NCBI GenBank assembly: GCA_951406725.2
Contig: OX597822.1
Span: 34,100,001 to 34,164,000 of the forward strand
Length of the DNA stretch: 64,000 nt
Origin: Octopus vulgaris
Lineage: Eukaryota
Direction: 5' to 3'
Shown here: positions 42,354 through 56,152 of the stretch, in pieces
Layout of the letters: every line of letters begins with the position of its first letter
Position numbering within the stretch: the stretch's first letter is position 1
Translations under genes and position numbers: made by a program
Notes under the pieces: model-generated
The model's input: the letters and a program-made list of their open reading frames with translations, nothing else
Told to the model about the DNA's origin: nothing
Database searches by the model: none

Positions 42354-42624
42354 CCTATACATGTACATAGTCAGCTCTGTAATGCATTATGTAAAAGACA
42401 AATGTAAACATCTTGTTTGCATATAGAATACCAACTTCAACAAACACTGAAATATAACAATAAAATAAAATATATAGGAATCAGCCAGACTAGATTCGTT
42501 CTTGTTCTGAGGTTTCCATCGGTGACTTAGAACCCTCTTTAACTGTTTCTCGGTGAGTGTAGAAAACTCTAGTTTCGATTTCAAATCGTCACAGTTTAAA
42601 ACAAGACCACGTCGAAACCAATAT

Positions 42625-42900
42625 AGGCATATTGCCTAGTGGTTACAGCAGTGGACTCGTGGTCGAGGGATCGCGAGTTCGAATCTCAGACCGGGCGTTG
42701 TGTGCGTTTATGAGCGAAACACCTTAGCTCCACGTGACCCCGGCAGAAGGTAATGGCGAACTTCTGCTGACTCTTTCACCACAACTTTCTCTCACTCTCT
42801 CTTCCTGCTTCTAGCGGCTCACCTTCGACGGACCGGCGTCCCGTCAAGGTGGGGAACCTATACGTCAAGGAAACCGGGAAACTGGCTCGAGAAGGAACAA
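42625..42900 (+). mobile_element. SINE, body-1 + tail-Y type
   Basis: Head and body like 63591 (GGACTCG..AGACCGGGCGTTGTG..GCTCCACG..CTCTTTCACCACAACTTTCTC); tail like 32183 (GGCGTCCCGTC..GAAACCGGGAAAC). Confidence 0.75.
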
Positions 42901-43297
42901 GCAAAAGCAGCAATAACGGCGAAACCAATAACTATACTGCGAATGTGAATGCAAGCAGCAGGAAAACGACTATAGTTGCCATGTCTGAGACATCCAAAGT
43001 TGCTCAGCAGCCAAATCATCAGCTTGGAATTTAATTTAGGAGAGAATGAACGGTGAACGTTCTTTACTAAACCATGGACAAGACCTCGACGTATGACAAT
43101 GGTGGTGGTGGCGGCGGCGGCAGTGGCGGAGATGATGATAATGATTAAGATAGTGGGATAAGAAGCTTGGTTCCTACCCACATGGTTCCATGGTTCAATC
43201 CCACTACGAGTCAACTTGGGCAAATGTTTTCTATAGCCTTGCGCTCACCAAAGCCTTATGAGTAAATTTTGCAGACGGAAATTAAAAGAAGCCTGTC

Positions 43298-43349
<52 letters not shown>

Positions 43350-43352
<3 letters not shown>

Positions 43353-43540
43353 TCGTTTTGGATTTGGTTTGAAAGATTATTTATGTGAGTTCGTGTGTTG
43401 AAGCATATTTTCTTGTGTCTGGGGAGAGTCATTCTCTTTTAGTGCCTTATTGATAAATAAGTAAACGAGAGGAAACTTTACCGGTGAGTGTGTTAAATAA
43501 TAAGGCACTAAAAGAGAATCACTCTCCTCAGACACAACAA
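43350..43540. mobile_element. (TA)n-flanked insertion with a 39-bp inverted repeat, inside a family A SINE (duplicated at about 45150-45340)
   Basis: TTGTGTCTGGGGAGAGTCATTCTCTTTTAGTGCCTTATT (43413-43451) versus AATAAGGCACTAAAAGAGAATCACTCTCCTCAGACACAA (43499-43537). Confidence 0.7.
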
Positions 43541-43596
<56 letters not shown>

Positions 43597-43707
43597 TTTG
43601 TTGTGCAAGATTTTTTATGTATATGTATATGTATATGTATATATGTATGTATATATGTATATATATATGTATATATATATATGTATATATATATGTATAT
43701 ATATATG

Positions 43708-43758
<51 letters not shown>

Positions 43759-45097
43759 GTAGTATATTATATATCTGGCGTACGCGCGTCTGTGTTTGTG
43801 CGTCCTCCACGCCACTTGACAGCTAGTGTTGGCGTGTTTACGTCCCTGTAACTTAGCGGTTCGGCAAAAGAGATCAATAAAATAAGTACCGGACTTAACC
43901 CCCCCCCCCGCCAAAAAAAAAAAAATAAACAAGAAAAAAAAACCCCCAAATATTCTGATCGATTCATTTCACTAAAAATTCATCATGGCAATGCCCCAGC
44001 ATGACCGCAGTTTAATGACTGAAACAAGTAAAAAGAAAAGAAAAAGATAAAACTGATAACAAAAATATATAACAAAGAAACAAGTAAGTGTTTTTACTGT
44101 ACGGGATTTCTTTACCGTTCTTAATGCCAAGCACACAGCCAGCAGTTTAGCAAGGAATGTAATTTATAGCATATGATAACATAAGCATATCTTTCTTCTT
44201 ACTACTAGCTAACCTACATCTGTTATAACTGTCAGTATACCTTATATATCAGGTGAGGCGAGGTTTTCTTACTTAAACTAAGAAGCAGATACAGAAATCT
44301 TCAAATGCTTCAGAGAATCGACATAAAAAAATGTAGAAACGAAAACGCGAAAAGAAAAAGAAGAAAAGGGAAATACAAAAACGTTGCAGTCATCGTTTTA
44401 TTGTTTCATATAGATTTTATCGCAAAAGCAGTTTCGATTTATCACAGTTTAAAACAAGACCACGTCGAAACCAATATAGGCATATTGCCTAGTATATGGA
44501 CTCGTGGTCGAGGGATCGCGATATCAGATATATGAGCGAAACATAGCTCCATGACCCCGGCAGAAGGTATGGCGAACTTCTGCTGACTCTTTCACCACAA
44601 TCACTCTCTCTTCCTGCTATAGCGGCTCACCTTCGACGGACCGGCGTGTAGGTGGGGTATACGTCAAGGAAACCGGGAAACTGGCTCGAGAAGGAATCAA
44701 GCAAAAGCAGCAATAACGGCGAAACCAATAACTATACTGCGAATGTGAATGCAAGCAGCAGGAAAACGACTATAGTTGCCATGTCTGAGACATCCAAAGT
44801 TGCTCAGCAGCCAAATCATCAGCTTGGAATTTAATTTAGGAGAGAATGAACGGTGAACGTTCTTTACTAAACCATGGACAAGACCTCGACGTATGACAAT
44901 GGTGGTGGTGGCGGCGGCGGCAGTGGCGGAGATGATGATAATGATTAAGATAGTGGGATAAGAAGCTTGGTTCCTACCCACATGGTTCCATGGTTCAATC
45001 CCACTACGAGTCAACTTGGGCAAATGTTTTCTATAGCCTTGCGCTCACCAAAGCCTTATGAGTAAATTTTGCAGACGGAAATTAAAAGAAGCCTGTC

Positions 45098-45154
<57 letters not shown>

Positions 45155-45335
45155 TCGTTTTGGATTTGGTTTGAAAGATTATTTATGTGAGTTCGTGTGT
45201 TGAAGCATATTTTCTTGTGTCTGGGGAGAGTCATTCTCTTTTAGTGCCTTATTGATAAATAAGTAAACGAGAGGAAACTTTACCGGTGAGTGTGTTAAAT
45301 AATAAGGCACTAAAAGAGAATCACTCTCCTCAGAC

Positions 45336-45387
<52 letters not shown>

Positions 45388-45521
45388 GTTTAAATATTTG
45401 TTGTGCAAGATTTTTTATGTATATGTATATGTATATGTATATATGTATGTATATATGTATATATATATGTATATATATATATGTATATATATATGTATAT
45501 ATATATGTATATATATATATG

Positions 45522-45553
<32 letters not shown>

Positions 45554-46231
45554 TGTATATGTAGTATATTATATATCTGGCGTACGCGCGTCTGTGTTTG
45601 TGCGTCCTCCACGCCACTTGACAGCTAGTGTTGGCGTGTTTACGTCCCTGTAACTTAGCGGTTCGGCAAAAGAGATCAATAAAATAAGTACCGGACTTAA
45701 CCCCCCCCCCCGCCAAAAAAAAAAAAATAAACAAGAAAAAAAAACCCCCAAATATTCTGATCGATTCATTTCACTAAAAATTCATCATGGCAATGCCCCA
45801 GCATGACCGCAGTTTAATGACTGAAACAAGTAAAAAGAAAAGAAAAAGATAAAACTGATAACAAAAATATATAACAAAGAAACAAGTAAGTGTTTTTACT
45901 GTACGGGATTTCTTTACCGTTCTTAATGCCAAGCACACAGCCAGCAGTTTAGCAAGGAATGTAATTTATAGCATATGATAACATAAGCATATCTTTCTTC
46001 TTACTACTAGCTAACCTACATCTGTTATAACTGTCAGTATACCTTATATATCAGGTGAGGCGAGGTTTTCTTACTTAAACTAAGAAGCAGATACAGAAAT
46101 CTTCAAATGCTTCAGAGAATCGACATAAAAAAATGTAGAAACGAAAACGCGAAAAGAAAAAGAAGAAAAGGGAAATACAAAAACGTTGCAGTCATCGTTT
46201 TATTGTTTCATATAGATTTTATCGCAAAAGC

Positions 46232-46308
<77 letters not shown>

Positions 46309-46315
46309 TGTATGT

Positions 46316-46465
46316 ATGTGACTTTTTTTTAGCCCAGCTAAAGATCTTCTGTACAAGGCATTGTAGATCTTTAGCTGGGCTAAAAAGTCACATTCGATCA
46401 CAGCACCAGTAACAGTTAAGCTTCGTGCAATGGCCATACTCGATAACGAGGGGGGCAGCCATCAT
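46316..46465 (+). mobile_element. Very short RTE-type LINE 3' end with 5' fold-back
   Basis: RHCRSLAGLKSHIRSQHQ* C-terminus, 3' UTR ending GCAGCCATCAT(GTAT)n; 5' ~30 bp is an inverted copy of 46365-46393. Confidence 0.7.
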
Positions 46466-46702
46466 GTATGTATGTATGTATGTATGTATGTATGTATGTA
46501 TGTATGTATATACACACACGCTAGCTGAATGACCCGGCGTTGCTCGAGTTAATGCTGTTCTTATTCAGTTTAGTGAACAATAAATATAAAGACATATTTT
46601 CATAATTATTTCAAAATATCTATATTTTATTTTTTAAATATATCTAAATTGTAAAGATAATAGAATTTCGAACTGAAAATCTGTCAATGTTGAAGCACCT
46701 CA

Positions 46703-47122
46703 GTCTCTTTTACTCTTTTACTCTTTTACTTGTTTCAGTCATTTGACGGCGGCCATGCTGGAGCACCGCCTTTAGTCGAGCAAATCGACCCCAGGACGTA
46801 TTCTTTGTAAGCCTAGTACTTATTCTATCGGTCTCTTTTTGCCGAACCGCTAAGTTACGGGGACGTAAACACACCAGCATCGGTTGTCAAGTGATGTTGG
46901 GGGTACAAACACAGATACAAAAACATACACACACACACACACACATATATATATACATATATACGACGGGCTTTCAGTTTCCGCCTACCAAATCCACTCA
47001 CAAGGCATAGGTCGGCTCGAGGCTATAGTAGAAGACACTTGCCCAAGGTTCCACGCAGTGGGAATGAATCCGGAGCCATGTGGTTTGTAAGCAAGCTACT
47101 TACCACCCAGCTACTCCTGCGT
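46703..47122 (-). mobile_element. SINE family A nested in the Helitron
   Basis: Near-consensus full copy. Confidence 0.85.
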
Positions 47123-47169
47123 CTAAACAATATTCATTGTGTAATTTTTTTGTTGTTGTCGAAATGAAT

Positions 47170-49150
47170 GAATTGTTGCTACTTCCAAGTCGCGAGCAAG
47201 GAAATTAGAGCTGGCCGTAGGAGAAGCATGCAGTAGGGAGATCAAGTCCAACTACCTTGAGTGATTGACCCTGAGATTTGTTAACTGAAATACCAAAACT
47301 TAATTTGACTGGAAACTGAAGCGTCTTAAATTCAAATGAAACATCTGTAGGTATGAGAGGATTTTTTGGAATAAAGACATTTTCTCCTTCGTGACTACAT
47401 GTTATGACTGTTGCCTGCAGGACATGGGGCTTCATAGAAGTAACAATTTAGCGGGTTCCGTTACACAGGTGGGAAGGGTCAAGATTCCTTAGAAACATAA
47501 TGGGAGCACCCAGTTTTAGTGTCAAGTTATGCGGTGGCATCCCAGTGGGCTTAAGTGTGTTCAGAAATTCAACAGGGTATTGAACTATCTGATCTTGATC
47601 GACTGTTGTCAATTGATCGAAAAATTATTTCTGATGTATCTTTTAACTTTTGAAGAAGTTCATGATTGAATTTATCAACCATTTCATTAGTTGCAGCCAG
47701 TAGAGGTCTTTCACATTGCCATTTTACGTAAGTGTAATTGACAGATAAATTAGGAAATACTTTATCCATAAGATCCCTAAGAGAAAGTACCATTTGATCG
47801 CATGCAATTTCATGTAGCTTCAGTCTTGAGTTGAATATTAATATCCCATTACCAATCTTAAGAAGCTCGTATAATCATACGTATGATCGTATGATCAAAT
47901 ATTCTCATGTTGCTTGTAAGATTAAGTTTTTTCACGTTTCCAAAGGTACGATTTTTTAAAGCATGCATTGACCTCATCAACTTTTGATCATTTGGGGATA
48001 ACTGGCAACGTTTGACGAAAATCTCCTGCAAGGACTGTTACTCCTCTCATGAGCATGCTATTGTTTTTTTATATCTTGGAGAGTACGGTCAAGTACCTCT
48101 AGATCTCCACGATGTGATATAGTGCACTCATACAAAACAATGAAGCAATGTTTTTTAGAACTGTTGTCATTGCAGTGTTCTCAGAAATGTGCATTTGAGA
48201 TTCCTACATTGCAAGGTTTAGAGGGAGCTTGAACATGGAATGAGCAGTTCTTCCTCCATTGAGGAGAGTAGCTGCAATATCAGAAGATACAACACTGGAA
48301 AAAGGTTAGATTTTATTTACTCCCATTTAGGATTGCAGGTGAAAGTGACAAAAAGATCTGGTTTTCTATATGTCCTGACATATGTCATTGCATCTTGTGT
48401 TCGTTCATGCATATGTCAAGGACCACCTGTAAATGATGATGGGAGGATTATAAGTTGCCCCATGTTTTGAATATCAGCATCTGCCCTCGGAGCATCTTGG
48501 AGATGAACATAATTTTTGGCACTTAACTTTTTTGATTGTTACGAATGTAGAGGAGACGCTCACTCTCAACTTTAGCATACCTATTTCTTTATTACCCACA
48601 AGGGGCTAATCATAGAGGGGACAAACAAGGACAGACATAGGTATTAAGTCGATTACATCGACCCCAGTGCGTAACTGGTACTTAATTTATCGACCCCGAA
48701 AGGATGAAAGGCAAAGTCGACCTCGGCGGAATTTGAACTCAGAACGTAACGGCACGCATTTCGCCCGGCGTGCTAACGTTTCTACCAGCTCGCCGCTTTT
48801 CAACTTTAGCATACCTATCAACTAGATATTGCTGAAATAGATCACGATACATATGTAGTTGATTTGCTTGTTCTGGTCTTAATATCAGCTGGTAAGAATA
48901 GAGGTCATTTGACGACACCTTTTTGTTTGTAATTGGCTCTCGTATCTACGGAGAATTGAAATGACACCCATCTTGTCCATTCCCCACAATAAGAGGATAC
49001 TGGAGAGCATCATAAGAGGGAATGAATCTCTGAAACACATTTAAGGGTGCTATCTCGAGCACGAATGACAATATCACGATTTTTATGGGGATCACCTACC
49101 ATACGGATGGCTACTTCATTGGATGTGGGCTCATCAAAACAGCGTAAAAT
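47170..49150 (-). pseudogene. Helitron Rep/PIF1-helicase pseudogene fragments
   Basis: In order on the minus strand: YDALQYPL, LFQQYLVD, ILPSSFTGGP, KPDLFVTFTCNPKW, IAATLLNGGRTAH, AGDFRQTLPVIP, GMPPHNLTLKLGAPIMFLRNLDP, LQFPVKLSFGISVNKSQGQSL, FSYGQL; stops and frameshifts. Confidence 0.92.
48585..48799 (-). mobile_element. SINE family B inserted in the Rep region, with TSD
   Basis: Direct repeat TCAACTTTAGCATACCTAT at 48566-48584 and 48800-48818. Confidence 0.9.
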
Positions 49151-49188
49151 GTCCTTTACTATAGTTTACTATAGATGTAACGAACACA

Positions 49189-49256
<68 letters not shown>

Positions 49257-49941
49257 GACATATGCACACTCAAACACATATGTATATGTATGTGTTGATA
49301 TGTGTGTGCTTAATTGTCTGAAGCGTAACATAAAAATTATCATGCGTACACTCACACATACACTCTGACATACACTCACATACACATACTAAGACAGTCA
49401 CAGAGAGACATGCATTCACGCATAACTCATGCATATCTCTCTCCCTCTGTATGTATGTGTGTATCTCACTGTTTAGATGTGTGTGTGTGTGTGTGTATGG
49501 GTGTATGTGTGTGAGTCCTCAGAAAAATGCATGTATATTCACACACACATACACTGACACATATACTTCTCAATCATTGGCCTAAAGTATGTAACGAAAG
49601 CGCAAACACAGGCACAGACGCACACAGACACACACAGACACACACACACACAGACATATATTCACTCATATAGAAATGTGACGCCGTGGTGGTGGTGGTG
49701 GTGGTACAAAATGTCGTTTATGACAGATGACTTATAGAAAGAACAAAATGCTAAAGTTTTGTAATGCAAGTGTGTAAATGAAAATAAAGTTTATTAGATA
49801 GCCGAAAGAGTACTGAATATTTTGATACTCCATACGTCAAAATCGGCAATTAAGTTTTCGAATGCATAAGGAACACACACACACAAACACAGTCTGCTTT
49901 ATATATATAGATGGCTATATTCGTGTGTACATAAGTATATA

Positions 49942-50099
49942 TGCGTGGCTGTGTGGTAAGAACTTTGCTTCCCAACCATATGGTTCTGGGTTCAGTCCCA
50001 CTGCATGCCACGTTGGGCAAGTGTCTTCTGCTATAATCTCAGGCCAACCAAAGCCTTCTGAGTGGATTTGGTAGATGTGGAAACTCAAAGAAGCCCGTC

Positions 50100-50103
<4 letters not shown>
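49942..50103 (+). mobile_element. SINE family A, 5' half
   Basis: Matches the family A head and body up to GAAGCCCGTCG(TA)n. Confidence 0.75.
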
Positions 50104-50132
<29 letters not shown>

Positions 50133-50137
<5 letters not shown>

Positions 50138-50912
50138 TTTATAATTAGGGTTCAGCAAAGATTTGCTTTACCACATACCGAAGTTTAGAAATTGCAGTAA
50201 AAAAACCTTAGCTGTTTCTTCTACTTTAAAAAGGGACTCCCAGAAATACCAAAATACTTGAAAACAATCCACGCAGGCAGAGAGGAAAAATGACGAAAAT
50301 CAATCTATATCTGGTCACCCATGTACACGTGTTTCGGAATTAGATCGGTATAAAGAATATAGAATTATACTTTACCCAACCATTTTCCTTCATCAGCATG
50401 GGACTCCAACAATATTGAATATTAAATATTAAATTCGAAGGTACTGAAATAATTGAATATATCTCTCCACCTAACGGTATCAGACAGATCATATTCAGTG
50501 CTGGTACCGCCGAATTCAAAATACGAATGAGGTTCATCACCTTCCCCTGCTCATCCGCGTGTGTCGTCAAGTAAGATGCTACAGAAAAATCTGCAGTTTG
50601 TTATCAGGGAGAAAATTCTAATATCAATAATAACAAAGGGTAAAATTAATTAATTAAGAAGTAATCAAAAATTTCACCAAGTAGAATTCGGCATGAAAAA
50701 AGAGCATTTCACGGTAAACTTAAGTAATACTTTATAATTAAGGTTCAGCAAAGATTTGCTTTACCACATACCGAAGTTTAGCAATAACAGTCAAAAAACC
50801 TTAGCAATTTCTTCTACTTTAAAAAGGGACTCCTAAAAAAACCCAAATACTTGAAAACAATCCACACAGGCAGAGAGGAAAAATAACGAAAATCAATATA
50901 TATCTGGTCACC
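50133..50912. mobile_element. Element bounded by ~185-bp direct repeats (partial-tandem, Penelope pLTR-like layout)
   Basis: ATACTTTATAATTA(G/A)GGTTCAGCAAAG...ATATCTGGTCACC at about 50133-50319 and 50726-50912; TA-rich flanks. Confidence 0.65.
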
Positions 50913-51482
50913 AGAACTAGCTATATATATACAATTAGAGTATTATATTGTAGTTAGTTCATCTCTGACATCTCTTCGCTCCCTGAACTCGCTCTTTTTC
51001 TCCTTCTTTCCTTTCTTTTGTTTATACCTTCCTTCTATGTCACAGTATCTCATACCCATATCCTTGTACACATTTACACATTTCTATATTATCCTTCACA
51101 TTCCTCATGCCTCCCATTTCACCTTACTCCCACACCAGCTCCCATACATACTTTCCCCATGCACGTACCCCCACTCTCTCTCACACACACATTCACAGAA
51201 ACACTTCACACCCCAAATAACATACGTCTCCTGCACTTTCATACTTCTGCACACATACACATACCCGCAAACCCACTACACTACTTCCTTATATGCTCAT
51301 AACTAAACACAGATACACCCTTATACTTGCGCATACCCGACCACCTTCCCTCCTTAACTCCGATAGAACCGCATTCTCACTTGGCTACTATCCCATCACT
51401 GTTTGTTTTCTGTTTTTTTTCTTTTTGCTGTCATCGACATTTTCTCATTCTCATACACATCTATGCATTTCTCTATTCTCTT

Positions 51483-51519
51483 GCTTCTGATGAATGACTA
51501 AAGACCGAAACGTTAGGGC
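51483..51519 (+). ncRNA. Degenerate minimal hammerhead motif
   Basis: GCTT-CTGATGA-ATGACTAAAGACC-GAAAC-GTT-AGGGC: core intact, stems I and II eroded; another relic CAGTTGA..AGTC(TCAAT)GACT-GAAACCGGTC at 51812-51850. Confidence 0.45.
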
Positions 51520-51673
51520 TCTTATCCTTCTTTTATACGTTTAGTTAACAGATTTTTGTTTTTAAACTTTTTTTCTACGTGTGTTGCCTCCTTTTTTTTA
51601 TCGTTCATTACATATACATTATATATACCAAAAATTCACAACGACCTCGAACCCACAAGAGAGAGAGTAAGAG

Positions 51674-51704
<31 letters not shown>

Positions 51705-51972
51705 AACAGGCAGAAATAATGAAAATATCACTAGTATTTGAACACTATGCAAATATTCTTTTAAAAACTTTTCTTTTAATTTTTCCAAAATTTAATTGTT
51801 TTCCATACTTACAGTTGAAAAAGTCTCAATGACTGAAACCGGTCCTAAAACGTTTTTTATAAAATTATTTTATCATTTTCTATCCTGACTTTTTTCATAT
51901 ATATATATATATATATATATATCAACACGTGTGTTCCTTTTCAACCTTCTACACACCCACACACCCACCCAA

Positions 51973-52003
<31 letters not shown>

Positions 52004-52475
52004 AATTAAGCAGAAACTGGAGAAAATTATTAATCAACAAACAAATTGACTACCATCGGTTATTGCGATTGCATTATGCATATATAATGTATATGTTTAT
52101 GAATATGAGTGTGTGTGTGTGTGTGTATAAAGATAGATAGACGCAGGGAGAGAGAGAAAGAGAGAGAGAGAGAGAGAAACTAATTTACATCAATCTCCCT
52201 AAAGGTTGTACAAACATCAATTTGTTTGTTTTAATTTTTTTAATTATCATTTAACGAAGTCTTGCCATCTGAAATTGTTAATGTTGTTATGACTTGAAGA
52301 AAAACCTACAGTATACTGTGGCTGATTAAATACTAACGATATGATAAAGTAAAGTGGCTACGAAAGGTTAAAATTTTCGCTTGTAAACATTAAATCATTT
52401 TAAATTAGACACTTTATGAACACGAATTCAAGTAGAAAAAGTATGCACAGAAACGCCCAAGTGTATATATGTATG

Positions 52476-52544
<69 letters not shown>

Positions 52545-52545
52545 A

Positions 52546-52719
<174 letters not shown>

Positions 52720-52851
52720 TATATATACATATATTGATATGCACATACATACATGCTTGCATATGTTATTTATATATATATATTAAGTACTTCTGTGCAT
52801 ATTTTATCTTCTTGGGTACGTATATATATATTACAGCTATACGCTTGTGTG

Positions 52852-52885
<34 letters not shown>

Positions 52886-52999
52886 TGTATGTATATATGT
52901 ATGTATATGTACACACAGACGCACACACATACATACATATATATATATTACCGTATGAATATATGTGTGTAAGTATGAGTATATACATATATGTATATT

Positions 53000-53107
<108 letters not shown>

Positions 53108-53132
53108 GTGCGTGTGTGTGTATGTATGTATA

Positions 53133-53458
53133 GTGAAGGCGCGTGGCTTAGTGGTTACGTCATTCAGCTCACGATCGTAAGGTCGTGGGTTCAATTCCCG
53201 GCGACGCATTATGTGCTTGAGCCAGACACTTTATTTCACGTTGCTCCAGTCCACTCAACTGGCAAAAATGGGTAGTACCTGTATTTCAAAGGGCAAACCT
53301 TGTCACACTCTGTGTCACGCTGAATCTCCCTGAGAATTACGTTAAAAGTACACGTGTCCGTGGTGTGCTCCGCCACTTGCATGTAAATTCCATGACCAAG
53401 CTGGTCTGTTGATCGTATCAGCTGAGACCCTCGCTGACGTAACCGACGGCGTGCTCCT
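53133..53458 (+). mobile_element. SINE, body-2 + tail-X type
   Basis: Matches 30873 and 42062. Confidence 0.85.
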
Positions 53459-53806
53459 ATATATATATATATATCAAAATAAGCAACAAGCATATCCAGA
53501 GATAATGCAGTACGATCGTTTCATGCAACGCCATTTAATTGAACAATGAAATCATTACATCAATTTAAAATGTAGAGCAATCTTCAGCTGCACAAAGACA
53601 TAAAATTTAATTGAATTAGAACAGATGGACACATTAGTATAATTATACCTAAAATCTCCAAGAAGTTAAGGAGATCGACAAAGAACGTGTACCTACAACA
53701 ACATAGCCGCAACTGTATATATATATATATCCTGTAGATTTTTGCTGCCGTGGTAACTATTTATTTATTTTTCCGTGTTAATTGTTAACAAGGTAAAATA
53801 CACTCA

Positions 53807-53855
<49 letters not shown>

Positions 53856-53861
53856 TATACC

Positions 53862-53924
<63 letters not shown>

Positions 53925-54196
53925 GTGTAAAGGCATGTACCTGTGGATATATATATATATATATAAACGTATACACATAAGTATCATGTGTATGCATGTA
54001 TATATTTCTGTTTATTATACAGTAACATGTGTGTGTGTCTACATCTGTCTCATCTAATAAAGTCATCTGTTTTAAGACTCCATCCTGTAGATGTGTTGGT
54101 ATTTAAAGCTAATCTGAATCTGTTGTAGATGTTATGTTATTACCTAAGTACATACTGCACAATATGTATTCACAACGGAAATGACTAACTAATTGG

Positions 54197-54520
54197 TTCT
54201 CTGTCGGTTACGATGACGAGTGTTCCAGCTGAACCGATCAACAGAACAGCCTGCTCTTGAAATTAACGTACAAGCGGCTGAGCACTCCACAGACACGTGT
54301 ATCCTTAACGTAGTTCTGAGGGAGATTCAGCTTGACACAGTGTGTGAGTGTGACAAAGCTGGTCCTTTGAAATACAGTCAGCTGAGCGGACTGGAGCAAC
54401 GGGAAATAAAGTGTCTTGCTCAAGGATGCAACGTTCCGCATGGAGCATCGTGCCGCCAGAAGCTCACGATCTTACAATCGGGAGTTGCATACCCTAACCA
54501 CTAAGCCACGTACTTTCACC
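54197..54520 (-). mobile_element. SINE, body-2 + tail-X type (diverged)
   Basis: Reverse complement of the 53133 type. Confidence 0.75.
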
Positions 54521-54604
54521 ATAACAGGAATAGAAAGGACTCTAAGTGGTTATACAACATGCTAGAAGTAGCGACAAAATCTTTCTTCAAAGTACACTCT
54601 AACC

Positions 54605-54863
54605 CAGCGGTTCTCAACCGGGGTTCCATATGGCCCTTGGGGTTCCATATAAAAATATTTTGCTGTTAAAATATATGTGCAATAAATTACTTGTACTTCT
54701 ACAATACAGTAGATATTAAAATTTTCTTTATACAACTTCTTATTTTATTTAACAATAAAAATACAATAGGAATTTTTCATATTCATCGAATAGCTGTGGA
54801 GGTCCAGTACTATGACACAGGAATCAAAGCGGTCCATAGGCAAAAAATGGTTGAGAACTAGTC
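54605..54863. mobile_element. hAT/Charlie-like MITE
   Basis: Termini CAGCGGTTCTCAACC ... GGTTGAGAAC; a more decayed relative at about 55139-55885 is split by a SINE. Confidence 0.6.
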
Positions 54864-55207
54864 TTTTTAAACTCTCGTGGTGTCATGGTGTCATAAGACG
54901 TGTCTTGAACATTTGAATCTAGCAGTGCCTATTCTTCTCAAAGTCTGAGCACAGCGGATTTCTTCCAGACAGGAAGAAAGAAGTAGCAACGTTAGAACTT
55001 GATTAGTACTTATTGTTTAGTTTATTTATCGGCTCCAAAAGGATAGTAGAGGAGTGAAGTCGACCTAAGCGGGATTTGAACTTAGTCTGTTGAGAGCCAT
55101 CACGAATACAGAAAGGTATTTTATCCAACACTCAAACGCAGTGTTCCTTAACTGGGGGGGGGGGGTCAATATACGATTTTGGGGATGCATATACAATTTG
55201 GGATACC

Positions 55208-55410
55208 CTCTTTTTACTCTTTTACTTGTTTCAGTCATTTGACTGTGGCCATGCTGGAGCACCGCCTTTAGTCGAGCAAATCGACCCCAGGACTTATTCT
55301 TTGGAAGCCTAGTACTTATTCTATCGGTTCTTTTGCCGAACCACTAAGTTACGGGGACGTAAACACATCAGCATCGGTTGTCATACACATACACACACAT
55401 ACACACATAC

Positions 55411-55480
<70 letters not shown>

Positions 55481-55655
55481 ATATATATATACGACGGGCT
55501 TCTTTCAATTTCCGTCTACCAAATCCACTCACAAGGCTTTGGTCGGCCCGAGGCTATAGTAGAAGACACTTGCTTAAGATGCCACGCAGTGGGATTGAAC
55601 CCGGAACCATGTGGCTCGTAAGCAAGCTACTCACCACATAACCACTCCTATGCCT
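55208..55655 (-). mobile_element. SINE family A
   Basis: Near-consensus full copy. Confidence 0.85.
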
Positions 55656-56152
55656 ATATACGATGCGAATACGATTTTTCTCCGTTAAAATTAAGTGCAA
55701 AAAATTGGTTTTTAATTCTACAATATTCATAATGTATTATTTTATTTTTACACAGTTCCTAATAATATTTAATTATAAAAATATAATGATAAGAGTTTTT
55801 AAAAACTGTATAGCTGTGAGGGTCCACTCGAGTAAAATAGAAGACAAAGAGGTCCGTAGCTAAAAAATTGATTGAGAGCCACTACCCCAACGAGTCAACA
55901 AATTTGCAACCAAAGAATTCGAGCGAACAATTCCATAGTTGTTGCACCGTGCATTTATGAATAGATAGAACCGGGTACTGCCAGTAATATCACAACAGAG
56001 TTCCCTCTATGCAATTGGACATAGAGCTAAAAGACTCAGCCTTCAATCTGCCTTGTCTGTACAAGTGTGTTCCAGAGCTGGAACAAATACCGTAAGGCTT
56101 CCAGTACGATTTCGTATATTTCCGTCATCCCCTTGAACTGGCACTTTTTATA

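Larger units (their letters stand above)
42571..46232. repeat. ~1.8-kb tandem duplication (copy 1 42571-44430; copy 2 44430-46232), each copy containing a family A SINE
   Basis: Both copies start AGTTTCGATTT and end ATCGCAAAAGCA; near-identical except microsatellite regions and the first ~270 bp of copy 2. Confidence 0.9.
46521..49911 (-). mobile_element. Helitron, internally deleted RepHel derivative with nested SINEs
   Basis: Minus 5' A|TCTATATATATAAAGCAG at 49911; 3' hairpin CTCGAGCAACGCCGGG then CAGCTAG ending at 46521; RepHel remnants inside. Confidence 0.85.
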
